The position numbers and the translations under genes are program-made. Shown piece after piece: positions 25,054-33,754 of a stretch of DNA of 52,769 nucleotides. The stretch is from a virus (Duplodnaviria; Caudoviricetes): positions 1-52,769 of IMG/VR virus record IMGVR_UViG_3300020034_000021; one strand, given 5' to 3'. Every line of letters starts with the position of its first letter. Within the stretch, counting starts at the first letter, position 1. The notes below the pieces were generated by a model, which worked only from the letters and a program-made list of their open reading frames with translations, was not told the DNA's origin and ran no database searches.

Positions 25054-27342
25054 TTACAAATCGAAAGCACGAGGAATTAGAATTGCGTAAGCGGTTCCGC
25101 CTTCATTGTATTTTGATTTCGTTTCACCGCGACCTATTAACTGAATATCGCCACGATCTGTAAGTATTTTCAAAGTTCTATGCAATGCAGCGGTCGCACC
25201 TTGTCTATCGCTTTTAAAACATATTAGCTTTGCCGCTCTACCTTGAATAAATTTGAACGGTACAATTTTATCGTTATGCATTTTAGTGTAGTCAGTACCT
25301 TGTAAATATCCTTTCAATTCGCCGTATGGTCTAACAACCCATTCTCTAATAACGTTTATCAATTTATCGAGTTGTTGCGACTCATCCGTATGCGATCCGA
25401 TAGCGCCTGTATTAAAACGACTCAATAAGTTTTGAACGTCGTTAACGACAATGCCTATTGCCCAATTAGCAGCAAACAAATCAATCAATGGCGTCATAAA
25501 GTTAATACCAATGGCCACGAGCGCCGCTAACTTCATAGCCTTTAAATGGGCACGATTCCATAAATCACGAACAATATCGTTTTCAGTACTGTTAATTTGC
25601 TGAGTACAGTAGGTTTCAAATTTATCAAAAAGCGAATGTACTTCTTCTGTTAATTGTACATTGACAATTTTATTCTGATTGTTGAGTGACAAACAATTCG
25701 CACATAGCGTTGCAAGTTTTTCTGCCAATTCAAACGATGGAGAAGCGTTGACGTGCTGTTTATTAAGTGCAACTCGCACTCCTAGATATTCAAAACATAA
25801 AAAGCGCGGCAACAATCCTCCGCTAATCATAGATTCACTTAACGCTTCGTAAAATGTTTCTGGCGTTGACTCTCCAAGTAAACTAAAAGCCGGACTAAAA
25901 AGTATTGGTGTATTCTTTTCTTTTTCGCTGTAAACGATTGGTCGCAATGCATTGCCATAACCACTCTTGTGATACAAATCTAAGAACACACTACGTAAGC
26001 CAATCAAATGCGACGGTGCATCTTTGTTGCTCATCTGTTGTAACGCTAAACCAAATTCGCCCACAATAGAACAGAAGCTAGGCGATGTATTGCACAGGTA
26101 TTTAATCAACGCTTCTTTAGAAGCAATTGTACCCGGTCCAATGAACTCAGCAGCAGCGGGAACCGTTCTAACAACCGCGTTCATCAATTTATCAATGCCG
26201 CTTGCCATCGCTTCCTTACCAATACCAGTCTTTGCTAACAGAATGACGTATTGATTTAAACCGGTCCCTGAGACGTTATAGGCGCGGCCACAGATCCCCG
26301 ATAGGAAGGCCACGGCACCCGCTAGCGCGATCTCAGGGACGGGTCTAGGGGCCGCAGCGTAGATAAATTCAGCAATCGAACCCAATAGACCGGGCGGCAA
26401 GCTGTAAACAGGGATTTTTTCAATGAGCTTATTACTAGGCGGCGGTTTCGCTTTGATCTTTTCAGCAATCGCCGCATTGATATTGTTAATGACACTATCG
26501 ATATCAACGGGCGGCAACATTCGATCGAAACAACGGTTGAGCATATAAGCAATACGATAAGGCGCACGTGACTTCGGTCGCTGCCCTAACTTCGACTTCA
26601 AAAATAAATCGTTTACTTGCTGTTTATTCTCGCTATAGAAAGCAAGAATATCAATCAGTGCGAAGTCAGCTTCTGACTGCGAAGGGTAATACTTGCTCCA
26701 ATCGCCTTTATAATACAAATCATCAAACTTCTCAGCATTGGCCGCTGTCGCTGCAATTTCTAAAATCTTTTCGTCACTGTATCTTGCAACGTCTAATCCA
26801 GCATAGAAAGAAATGGCGTGCTTACCTTCGCCCATTTGTTCCCACAATTGATTCAGAAGTACATTGTAGTCGCCAATAATCTGATTGCGATAAATATCAC
26901 CAGTAAACGTCATGTATCGCGTGTCAGAGTAAAGCTCAATAGAACTGCGCCGCCGCCCGCTTGGAACTTTGCCTCTAACGACAATATGCAAGCCAAAGCC
27001 AGACGGCGAACGTTCAGCGTAGCTATCGAATTCACTGTAAATTTTTAATTGTCTTTCGAGCGAAGCGGGGTCAGTCGTTTTGTCCAGATCAATAATAGAA
27101 TATGGATCTTTTTCTGATAGCACAAATCCAATGCCATTGTATCGTTCTGGATTCTTTTTTATAGCAGCAACAGTTTCATCATAAGTACACCATGTTGACG
27201 GTTCATTAACACTGCACATTTTTCCCGTTCGTGGATCATATGGAACCTTAGTAGGTTTTTCTGCTTCAGTGTCCTCATAGCGCCAATTGCACCAACTTTT
27301 ATACATCCGCAATTCCAGCGGAATGTTATCGTAATTGAGCAC
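25054..27342 (-). CDS. Primase-polymerase fused to helicase-like P-loop domain
   Basis: IIDLD, SPSGFGLH, RYMTFTG, SQSEADFAL (NrS-1-type prim-pol); AKTGIGKE. Confidence 0.9.
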   Translation of the reverse strand: MLNYDNIPLELRMYKSWCNWRYEDTEAEKPTKVPYDPRTGKMCSVNEPSTWCTYDETVAAIKKNPERYNGIGFVLSEKDPYSIIDLDKTTDPASLERQLKIYSEFDSYAERSPSGFGLHIVVRGKVPSGRRRSSIELYSDTRYMTFTGDIYRNQIIGDYNVLLNQLWEQMGEGKHAISFYAGLDVARYSDEKILEIAATAANAEKFDDLYYKGDWSKYYPSQSEADFALIDILAFYSENKQQVNDLFLKSKLGQRPKSRAPYRIAYMLNRCFDRMLPPVDIDSVINNINAAIAEKIKAKPPPSNKLIEKIPVYSLPPGLLGSIAEFIYAAAPRPVPEIALAGAVAFLSGICGRAYNVSGTGLNQYVILLAKTGIGKEAMASGIDKLMNAVVRTVPAAAEFIGPGTIASKEALIKYLCNTSPSFCSIVGEFGLALQQMSNKDAPSHLIGLRSVFLDLYHKSGYGNALRPIVYSEKEKNTPILFSPAFSLLGESTPETFYEALSESMISGGLLPRFLCFEYLGVRVALNKQHVNASPSFELAEKLATLCANCLSLNNQNKIVNVQLTEEVHSLFDKFETYCTQQINSTENDIVRDLWNRAHLKAMKLAALVAIGINFMTPLIDLFAANWAIGIVVNDVQNLLSRFNTGAIGSHTDESQQLDKLINVIREWVVRPYGELKGYLQGTDYTKMHNDKIVPFKFIQGRAAKLICFKSDRQGATAALHRTLKILTDRGDIQLIGRGETKSKYNEGGTAYAILIPRAFDL

Positions 27343-27348
27343 GGTTTC

Positions 27349-27600
27349 TTATTCGCTTCTTTTAATGCTTAATAGGAATTCGTGAACTTGTCTAACTCTT
27401 GAATAACCCGGATTTTCAAATCTCCCTATAACAAGAGTTTTTAACCACGGCAATTCAACGTTTGCCCCTTTTGCAACGTCTTCTAAAGATACATTACTAG
27501 GACGACTTGCAATCAACACTCGCACTTCGTCAAGTGTGGGCAGTCGCAATTGATTGACAGGAGGAATAAACCAAGGAGATTGCGGTTGTGTTGCACTCAT
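27349..27600 (-). CDS. HTH (XRE-like) regulator
   Basis: SLEDVAKGANVELPWL...NPGYSRV. Confidence 0.75.
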   Translation of the reverse strand: MSATQPQSPWFIPPVNQLRLPTLDEVRVLIASRPSNVSLEDVAKGANVELPWLKTLVIGRFENPGYSRVRQVHEFLLSIKRSE

Positions 27601-27606
27601 CCGCCG

Positions 27607-27635
27607 AAGGTACTAGCAAGCAAAGAAATTCACAA
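27607..27635 (-). promoter_or_regulatory. Promoter giving a leaderless HTH/primase transcript
   Basis: TTGTGA-17-TACCTT, then 6 nt, then ATG. Confidence 0.55.
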
Positions 27636-27647
27636 GAAAATATTTAT

Positions 27648-27676
27648 TTGACAAGCAAATCAGGCAGGCGCAGTCT
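27648..27676 (+). promoter_or_regulatory. Replication operon promoter
   Basis: TTGACA-17-CAGTCT. Confidence 0.6.
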
Positions 27677-27682
27677 CCCGCT

Positions 27683-27762
27683 TCGGCCTATCCCGGTCGC
27701 TTTGCATTGAGCGATAGTTCCTAGGCAACACTAGCGGGTGATACCCGTTTGGGATAGGCTGA
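27683..27762 (+). ncRNA. 80-nt cloverleaf RNA or leader
   Basis: 12-bp closing stem with three internal hairpins; lacks tRNA consensus loops. Confidence 0.55.
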
Positions 27763-27786
27763 TTCACTTACTACTGAGGGAAGACA

Positions 27787-28323
27787 ATGAGCGTATTACA
27801 GATCGGCACACTTGCGTATGAAACGGAAGCGCAGCGAATTGAAGAAATGATTGAACGGCAACAATCATTGTCACCAACTGAAAAAATCTTTTATCGTGAC
27901 TTCCTATTGCTAGAATGGGACGAAGCGAAGAAAGAACTTGAAAAAGCCAAAGCCGAAGAAATGAGTTTGCGTAAGCAAGTTGTACATTTGGCATTTGACA
28001 CAACCAAACTTTCAGGCACCGAACGTGTGCCGCTATACAACGGTTATGAGTTAAAAGGCGTCAAGAAACTCAATTATGGATTCATTCACAACGCCGAAGA
28101 CAAAGTAGACAAAGCACGCATTGACAATGCGCTAACGCTTATCGAGAAGGCAGACCCTAACGGCGCTTTCATTGCCGAACGTCTGGTGAAATGGACGCCT
28201 GAACTCTCCAAGACGGAATACAACCAACTTTCCAAACCGCTGAAAACGATTATTGATGCAGTGATCGTAACCAGCGAAGGCGCACCGACATTAGAAATTG
28301 TAGCTCCTAAAGGAGCAAAATAA
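27787..28323 (+). CDS. Conserved phage protein
   Basis: EMSLRK, GTERVPL, VKWTPELSKTEY, GAPTLEI. Confidence 0.8.
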   Translation: MSVLQIGTLAYETEAQRIEEMIERQQSLSPTEKIFYRDFLLLEWDEAKKELEKAKAEEMSLRKQVVHLAFDTTKLSGTERVPLYNGYELKGVKKLNYGFIHNAEDKVDKARIDNALTLIEKADPNGAFIAERLVKWTPELSKTEYNQLSKPLKTIIDAVIVTSEGAPTLEIVAPKGAK

Positions 28324-28324
28324 C

Positions 28325-28564
28325 ATGAACGGCAAGAAATGCGTTTATGAAAACTGCGTGAGACTGTCCAGCAAGAAAGAAGACAGTTGCACCGCGTGCC
28401 GTGCGCGTCATCGCTATTGGGATAAAAAGAGTCCCGGACGACGCATTGAACGACGGCGCAAGTTGTCATTGTCTGGCGAGACCATGCGCGAGTTTGTTGG
28501 CGACATTCAGCTAAAGCAGTTCATTCGTAAAGGATACAAGAAAGAGGTTAGGCTAAATGGATAA
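28325..28564 (+). CDS. Basic Cys-containing protein
   Basis: CVYENC...CTAC; AGGAG RBS. Confidence 0.6.
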   Translation: MNGKKCVYENCVRLSSKKEDSCTACRARHRYWDKKSPGRRIERRRKLSLSGETMREFVGDIQLKQFIRKGYKKEVRLNG

Positions 28565-28871
28565 CATACATAAATCGAACGGTCACGACAAAAAGCGTTC
28601 GCCTCTCTTCGGTCGCAAACAGAGTGTCGCCACCATCGCTAAACGTAAACTGACCATGGCAACAAAACGCGCATTGAAAACAGCAGCCAGTGAAGCTAAC
28701 TATCATGCGCACAAAGCATTGCCTAGTGCAGAGAAGCGCGAAGACGCGCGTATCTATTTGCGCCATGCGAAGCGCGTCATTAACGAATACATTGCAAACG
28801 GCAAGTTAAAAGAGATGGACGAAGCACATCTTTATACCTTGCTGGCTTTGAAAGTGCTAGAGAAAGGCTAA
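28557..28871 (+). CDS. Basic hypothetical protein
   Basis: 104 aa. Confidence 0.65.
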   Translation: MDNIHKSNGHDKKRSPLFGRKQSVATIAKRKLTMATKRALKTAASEANYHAHKALPSAEKREDARIYLRHAKRVINEYIANGKLKEMDEAHLYTLLALKVLEKG

Positions 28872-28887
28872 ACATTGGGAGAACATC

Positions 28888-29715
28888 ATGAAGTTCATTT
28901 TCATTATCATTGCGGCATTGATGGCAATGCCCACAATTGCATCAACTCGTTACTTACCGCAACAGCAGATGAAACACCATGAATTGTTTCTGAGCCGCAT
29001 ACAGGAGAACTTACAAAGACCAGACATCAACGGCGTCGTCAGTCGGTTATCGGATTTGGAATTGGCAGATCTTGTAACGTTATACGGTGCTGCGTCAGGC
29101 GGCAGGCAGCACGAACTGGTAACGGTACTCGGCAATCGAATCAGCAATGCGCAGATGACGCGCTTGTCATCAGCATTCAATCAGCCCACTACGTTGATGC
29201 AAAGTGCTCCGAAAGGCGCAACGGTGAATGGTCCTGAAGTAACGTTAGATATGTCGATATACGAAGTCTACCTAGAATTTCGTACCGCAACGGTTGGCAG
29301 CTTGAGTGTGGGCGCGTCAATGGCACAGACTGCTATGTACACTGCCGGCTGGGTATCAGCAGCATGGGGGGCAGGGTATACTGCGGGAACAGGCGCAGCG
29401 ATATTGATGGAACGTTATATGCCGGGCACATGGGAAGGCATCGGCAATACCATCGGCGCTGCTGTAAATGGATTCAACAGCGCTACTAACTTTCTAGCTC
29501 AAGGTAGCTATCAGCAGCAAATTGATGCAACGTTCGGCGGTACCATTTCGATATACGGCAGAACACATAGCAACTACAACACACAGTATAATGCTTCGTC
29601 ACCAGACTATTCCGGTGACTTCAGTGTTGCCTCTGCTTTTGATTATCGGATGGACGCCAACTATTTTAGTGGCGGTATGCCATCCTGTCGCATTCGACAT
29701 TGTTCACAGTTTTAA
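28888..29715 (+). CDS. Secreted protein with Gly/Ala-rich hydrophobic segment
   Basis: Signal peptide MKFIFIIIAALMAMPTIA; AGWVSAAWGAGYTAGTG. Confidence 0.75.
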   Translation: MKFIFIIIAALMAMPTIASTRYLPQQQMKHHELFLSRIQENLQRPDINGVVSRLSDLELADLVTLYGAASGGRQHELVTVLGNRISNAQMTRLSSAFNQPTTLMQSAPKGATVNGPEVTLDMSIYEVYLEFRTATVGSLSVGASMAQTAMYTAGWVSAAWGAGYTAGTGAAILMERYMPGTWEGIGNTIGAAVNGFNSATNFLAQGSYQQQIDATFGGTISIYGRTHSNYNTQYNASSPDYSGDFSVASAFDYRMDANYFSGGMPSCRIRHCSQF

Positions 29716-29723
29716 GGAACGTC

Positions 29724-29945
29724 ATGAGTACGTCATTTGTTTTAATGTTAGTCGGTATGCTGTTTACCGTCACGGCGGAAATTATTTATCCCCTTGTGTT
29801 TTCAAAACAGCACGTCAGTAAAACATTGCCTGAATATTACGAAGGTATCAGAGAGAAGGATATTGCCTTTCCCTTCGTCGTTCGGTTCATGCATTACATT
29901 GCAATGGGGATGTATATTTCCGCTGTAATTCTGTTGTTCTGGTAG
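29724..29945 (+). CDS. Small two-TM membrane protein
   Basis: Hydrophobic N- and C-termini; AAGGA RBS. Confidence 0.65.
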   Translation: MSTSFVLMLVGMLFTVTAEIIYPLVFSKQHVSKTLPEYYEGIREKDIAFPFVVRFMHYIAMGMYISAVILLFW

Positions 29946-29946
29946 A

Positions 29947-30076
29947 GTGCTTACCCGCCGAACCCTCTAGCCGGCGCACGTCTGCCAAGCGCCATGTCCC
30001 AAAAGGCTAGAGCATGTGACAGCTCGGTAAGCACAGCCGCGCTGGTAGACCGCTAGGCTCTAACGAAATAGTCTAC
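29947..30076 (+). ncRNA. Candidate structured intergenic RNA
   Basis: Nested stems GTGCTTACC/GGTAAGCAC, CTCTAGCC/GGCTAGAG, GGCGC/GCGCC. Confidence 0.45.
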
Positions 30077-30093
30077 TATTTATAGGGTGAAAT

Positions 30094-30303
30094 ATGTTTG
30101 AACCAAACATCGAAAAAATTGAATGGCCAGTAATTGAAGAGAAAGCGAAATTTCAAATTACTGTTGCTCAATTGATTTTGCAATTAAAAGCGTTTCCTTC
30201 CAATGCACTTATATATGTAGAAGGATGCGATTGTATTGGCGAAGGTTCCGGCGCTACTTACGATCCGAACGATAACACCGTATTAGTTGAAAGAATTCCA
30301 TGA
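30094..30303 (+). CDS. Hypothetical protein
   Basis: ITVAQLILQLKAFP...EGCDC. Confidence 0.65.
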   Translation: MFEPNIEKIEWPVIEEKAKFQITVAQLILQLKAFPSNALIYVEGCDCIGEGSGATYDPNDNTVLVERIP

Positions 30304-30758
30304 AACAAGAAATTTATACATCGTCAACGAAAGGCGAAATTCCTTTGTCGTTCACTGGTCGGCATCTATTGCAGTCATTACGCGAAGCTATTATAGAGGC
30401 AATCGACAAAGAAGATTACAATATCAATGCCGATCAACTATCACGAATCAGAGGTGATATTGCTCAATACATGAGTACACTGGAAAGGAAAAACATTTTA
30501 CTAGGACAGATCGCAAAAGAAAATTCTGCATTACGAGAATATTTAAAAAAATTGTCAGATGAAAAAATAGCATGGAGTAGCAACGAAGAATTGAAAGAAA
30601 GCACCAACTCGTTTTACACATTATTAAATGACTATCGAGACGCATTAATTCGTCAAAGTTGCGAATGGAAACCCGATGATATAGGTTTAAATATAAGGCT
30701 TCAAGAAAACGTTGATAAGGCACGTATTGAAGTTGTGCAAGCATTCGAGAAGAAATGA
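30300..30758 (+). CDS. Hypothetical coiled-coil protein
   Basis: 152 aa, coupled. Confidence 0.65.
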   Translation: MKQEIYTSSTKGEIPLSFTGRHLLQSLREAIIEAIDKEDYNINADQLSRIRGDIAQYMSTLERKNILLGQIAKENSALREYLKKLSDEKIAWSSNEELKESTNSFYTLLNDYRDALIRQSCEWKPDDIGLNIRLQENVDKARIEVVQAFEKK

Positions 30759-30853
30759 ACAAACAAGACGTAATTATTTATTTGCTGCTGAGTGCAAATA
30801 GCGGCATTGGTTTAATCATAGGTTATATGTTTGGTCGCTTCAATCGCAAATGA
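30755..30853 (+). CDS. 32-aa TM peptide
   Basis: Not in track; ATGA-coupled both sides. Confidence 0.5.
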   Translation: MNKQDVIIYLLLSANSGIGLIIGYMFGRFNRK

Positions 30854-31521
30854 ATATTTCACAGCTACGTCCGGCGTCGCAGTTGGCCCAAAGATTCGGA
30901 GTCAAGTCAATCCTGTATGGCGGTCCGGGCACTGGCAAAACGCCGTTGACGAACACCGCGCCGCGCCCTGTGCTGTGTGCAGCGGAACCGGGTTTGCTGT
31001 CAATGCGTGGCTCATCAGTGCCCACATTTGAAGCGTACACAGTGCCGAAGTTAGAAGAATTCTGGCAATGGTTGTTCACGTCGGCAGAGGCCAAAAATTA
31101 CGATACCGTCGCTATTGATTCAGTGTCACAAGTTGCTGAAATCTATTTAACGAAGTATTTGCATGAAAACAAAGACGGTCGTAAAGCCTACGGCGAGTTG
31201 TCGCGTAAGGTCATGGAGATAGCGAACGCACTGTATTACCTGCCGCAGAAACATATTTACTTAATTGCAAAACAAGGCACAGACGACGGAGGTATAAAGA
31301 AGCGGCCTTGGTTGCCCGGTCAAGATTTGAACGTCAAAATACCGCACTTGTATGACGAAATTTTGCACATTGGAAATGTGCAAATTGTGGGAATACCAAA
31401 ACCTGTTTTAGCCATTCGTACTAAAGACAGCTTTGACGTAGTGGCGCGTGATCGGAGCGGAATGTTAGAAGAGTTTGAGGAACCGCATATTGGACGTTTA
31501 TTTGAAAAGTGTATGAAATGA
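30850..31521 (+). CDS. Sak4-like AAA ATPase / recombinase
   Basis: YGGPGTGKT, VAIDS, ARDRSG; upstream of SSB-like gene. Confidence 0.85.
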   Translation: MNISQLRPASQLAQRFGVKSILYGGPGTGKTPLTNTAPRPVLCAAEPGLLSMRGSSVPTFEAYTVPKLEEFWQWLFTSAEAKNYDTVAIDSVSQVAEIYLTKYLHENKDGRKAYGELSRKVMEIANALYYLPQKHIYLIAKQGTDDGGIKKRPWLPGQDLNVKIPHLYDEILHIGNVQIVGIPKPVLAIRTKDSFDVVARDRSGMLEEFEEPHIGRLFEKCMK

Positions 31522-31527
31522 GTCCCG

Positions 31528-31727
31528 CCCCGCTGTTGTCCGCTAAGAGCATGGAAATTTGCGGGTCCATGACGCGACAGCGGGGAAATGGGCAAATGAA
31601 TCGACCGCTTGCGCTACTGTGACAGTACCGGTCCGCAACGTAAGCAAGATAGCGTTGCATCAAGCTAATACGGTGTTCATGCAAAACGGGCGCAAGTAGT
31701 TAGTACCGTGACAGCTCGGAGAGACGG
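31528..31727 (+). ncRNA. Candidate structured RNA upstream of SSB-like gene
   Basis: Several stems in a 240-nt intergenic gap. Confidence 0.5.
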
Positions 31728-31760
31728 CAAGTTTCGTACAATCTATTAAGGTGAAAATTT

Positions 31761-32447
31761 ATGGTAGCTTTAACACAACCATTTGATGCAAACACGGTTG
31801 ATCCATCACAACAATTGCCACAATTGCCTATCGGTAGGCATCCGGTTGTGATTATAGAATCAGGCGGTAAAACGACAAAATCTGGTGACGGCGGATTTCT
31901 TGAATTTCTTTTACAGATTATAGACGGACCAGCGAAAGGCGTTAAAGGCACGTATCGTTTGAATATCTATAATCAAAATGCAGACACCGTTAGAATTGCG
32001 TATCAGCAATTCTCAGCGTTGTGTCACGTCTGCGGCATTTATGTCGTGCAAAACACTGAACAATTGCACAACCTACCGTTTATTATTGACGTTGATTTCC
32101 AGAAGGGAGAAGAAGCGCGACAGAAAGGCTATACCCAAGTGACGCGCGTCTATGATCGCAACATGCAGGAACCGGGCAAACAAGGCCAAGCTCCCGCCGC
32201 TGCGCAGCCTGTACCCGTGGCGAACGCTCCCGCTGCGGCATGGCCAGCGCAGCCACAAGCCGCAGCACCCGCTCAGGCCGCACCAGCGCCCGCCACAGCA
32301 TCGCAACCAAGCTGGGCAGGTGGTAACGGCGGCGGCGCGCCGCCCGCGCAACAGCAAGCGCCTGCATGGGGCGCTCCTACACAGCAAGCCCCGCCGCCCG
32401 CTGCTGCCGCCCCGCCCGCTGGTGCCATGCCTTGGACGCCTCGCTAA
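31761..32447 (+). CDS. Putative ssDNA-binding protein (DUF669-like)
   Basis: OB-like N-domain plus Pro/Ala/Gln/Trp tail. Confidence 0.8.
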   Translation: MVALTQPFDANTVDPSQQLPQLPIGRHPVVIIESGGKTTKSGDGGFLEFLLQIIDGPAKGVKGTYRLNIYNQNADTVRIAYQQFSALCHVCGIYVVQNTEQLHNLPFIIDVDFQKGEEARQKGYTQVTRVYDRNMQEPGKQGQAPAAAQPVPVANAPAAAWPAQPQAAAPAQAAPAPATASQPSWAGGNGGGAPPAQQQAPAWGAPTQQAPPPAAAAPPAGAMPWTPR

Positions 32448-32545
32448 ACTAGCCAAGCGTCTAACGTGGCAAGGGAACGTATACGGTTCGGTAAAAGTCC
32501 GATTAAATCTCCCTCATCGAGCTGGAGCCGTATTTGGAGGATTAA

Positions 32546-32689
32546 ATGCGAATAGACGAAACGTTAGCCAGACGTAAGGCGAAGCGCGAAGCAAAGTTAT
32601 TAAAGCGAGAGAAACGAGAGCTAGAAAATGTCCTCAAACGAAAGTCACAAGGTGGACCTAGATTCCCCCGGAACCGCAAGACTAGTTAG
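32546..32689 (+). CDS. 47-aa basic protein
   Basis: Not in track; GGAGG RBS; MRIDETLARRKAKR. Confidence 0.5.
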   Translation: MRIDETLARRKAKREAKLLKREKRELENVLKRKSQGGPRFPRNRKTS

Positions 32690-33548
32690 TCGTAAACTTT
32701 TATACGACATTGACGAGTATGCAATTCGTACTTATGGCGATGATCATCGCTGGCATTTAGGCGCATCCGTTATCGGTCATGATTGTAGTCGCTTTCTATG
32801 GTATACATTTCGCTGGTGTTTCAAAGAAGAATTTAAAGGCGAGAATGACGAAGAAAAACACGGTAATGCCGGACGTATGCAACGTCTTTGGAACCGTGGC
32901 CATAGAGAAGAAGACAGGTATGTAGAATTTCTGAAAGGCATCGGCGCGACGGTATGGACACTTGACCCACAGACCGGCAAACAATTTCGCATGAGCGCTT
33001 TGCATGGTCATTACGGTGGATCGATGGATGGTGCTTTGCTCTTGCCACCACTCTACAACATTACTCAACCGCTGTTAACCGAATTCAAAACCAACAACAC
33101 CGGTAAGAGTTTTGGCGATCTGATAGAAGGCGGTGTTAACGCGAGTAAAGCGCAGCACTATACACAAATGAGCTGCTATGGAGAAGAATATAAATTAGAA
33201 TACGCTGCGTATTTCAATACTAACAAAAATGACGACGATATGTATATTGAAGTCGTCAAGCTTGACTTTAATTTGGCCGTTCAGATGAAAGCCAAAGCGG
33301 AACGCATCATCACGTCGCAACTCCCGCCGCCTAAACTTTCTGAGAATCCTACGTATTACAAATGCGTCTATTGTCCAGCAAAGTTAGTTTGTCATCAGAA
33401 TAAAAAACCCGAAGTTAATTGCCGCGCATGTATTCATGCGCATCCGGTAGAAAATGCCGAATGGTATTGTAGTTTATATAAAGCAGTGATTCCGCGCGAA
33501 ATTGTATTGACTGGTTGCCCACAATATTTTCAATTAGTGAACACATGA
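32628..33548 (+). CDS. Cas4/RecB-like PD-(D/E)xK exonuclease
   Basis: HLGASVIG..C, GSMDG, EFKT, QMSCY, CVYC cluster. Confidence 0.88.
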   Translation: MSSNESHKVDLDSPGTARLVSRKLLYDIDEYAIRTYGDDHRWHLGASVIGHDCSRFLWYTFRWCFKEEFKGENDEEKHGNAGRMQRLWNRGHREEDRYVEFLKGIGATVWTLDPQTGKQFRMSALHGHYGGSMDGALLLPPLYNITQPLLTEFKTNNTGKSFGDLIEGGVNASKAQHYTQMSCYGEEYKLEYAAYFNTNKNDDDMYIEVVKLDFNLAVQMKAKAERIITSQLPPPKLSENPTYYKCVYCPAKLVCHQNKKPEVNCRACIHAHPVENAEWYCSLYKAVIPREIVLTGCPQYFQLVNT

Positions 33549-33754
33549 GTCATTTAACTTGTCCGAAGTGTGGCAGCAAAGATCATATTAGCGGTTATGG
33601 TTTAGCTGCCGGCCCAATAGGTTTTTATACATTTTGTGACAATTGTAACGTAATATTGGAATTTACTCCAGATCTTGAAGGAGTGCCAGAAGAAGCAGCA
33701 AAAAAGATTCTTGCTGAAGTTGAGAAACAGCGAATTGAAGTGTGGGGTAAATGA
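33545..33754 (+). CDS. Small Zn-ribbon protein
   Basis: CPKCG...CDNC. Confidence 0.6.
   Translation: MSHLTCPKCGSKDHISGYGLAAGPIGFYTFCDNCNVILEFTPDLEGVPEEAAKKILAEVEKQRIEVWGK

Noticed and set aside
27683-27762. tRNA gene
   Set aside because: No T-loop or D-loop consensus, no 7-nt anticodon loop, no CCA
32160-32447. GC-rich patch as a gyrase-like site
   Set aside because: Explained by the Pro/Ala/Gly/Gln tail of the SSB-like protein
32628-33548. CRISPR-Cas system suggested by the Cas4-like gene
   Set aside because: No repeat-spacer array or other cas genes; normal phage exonuclease context
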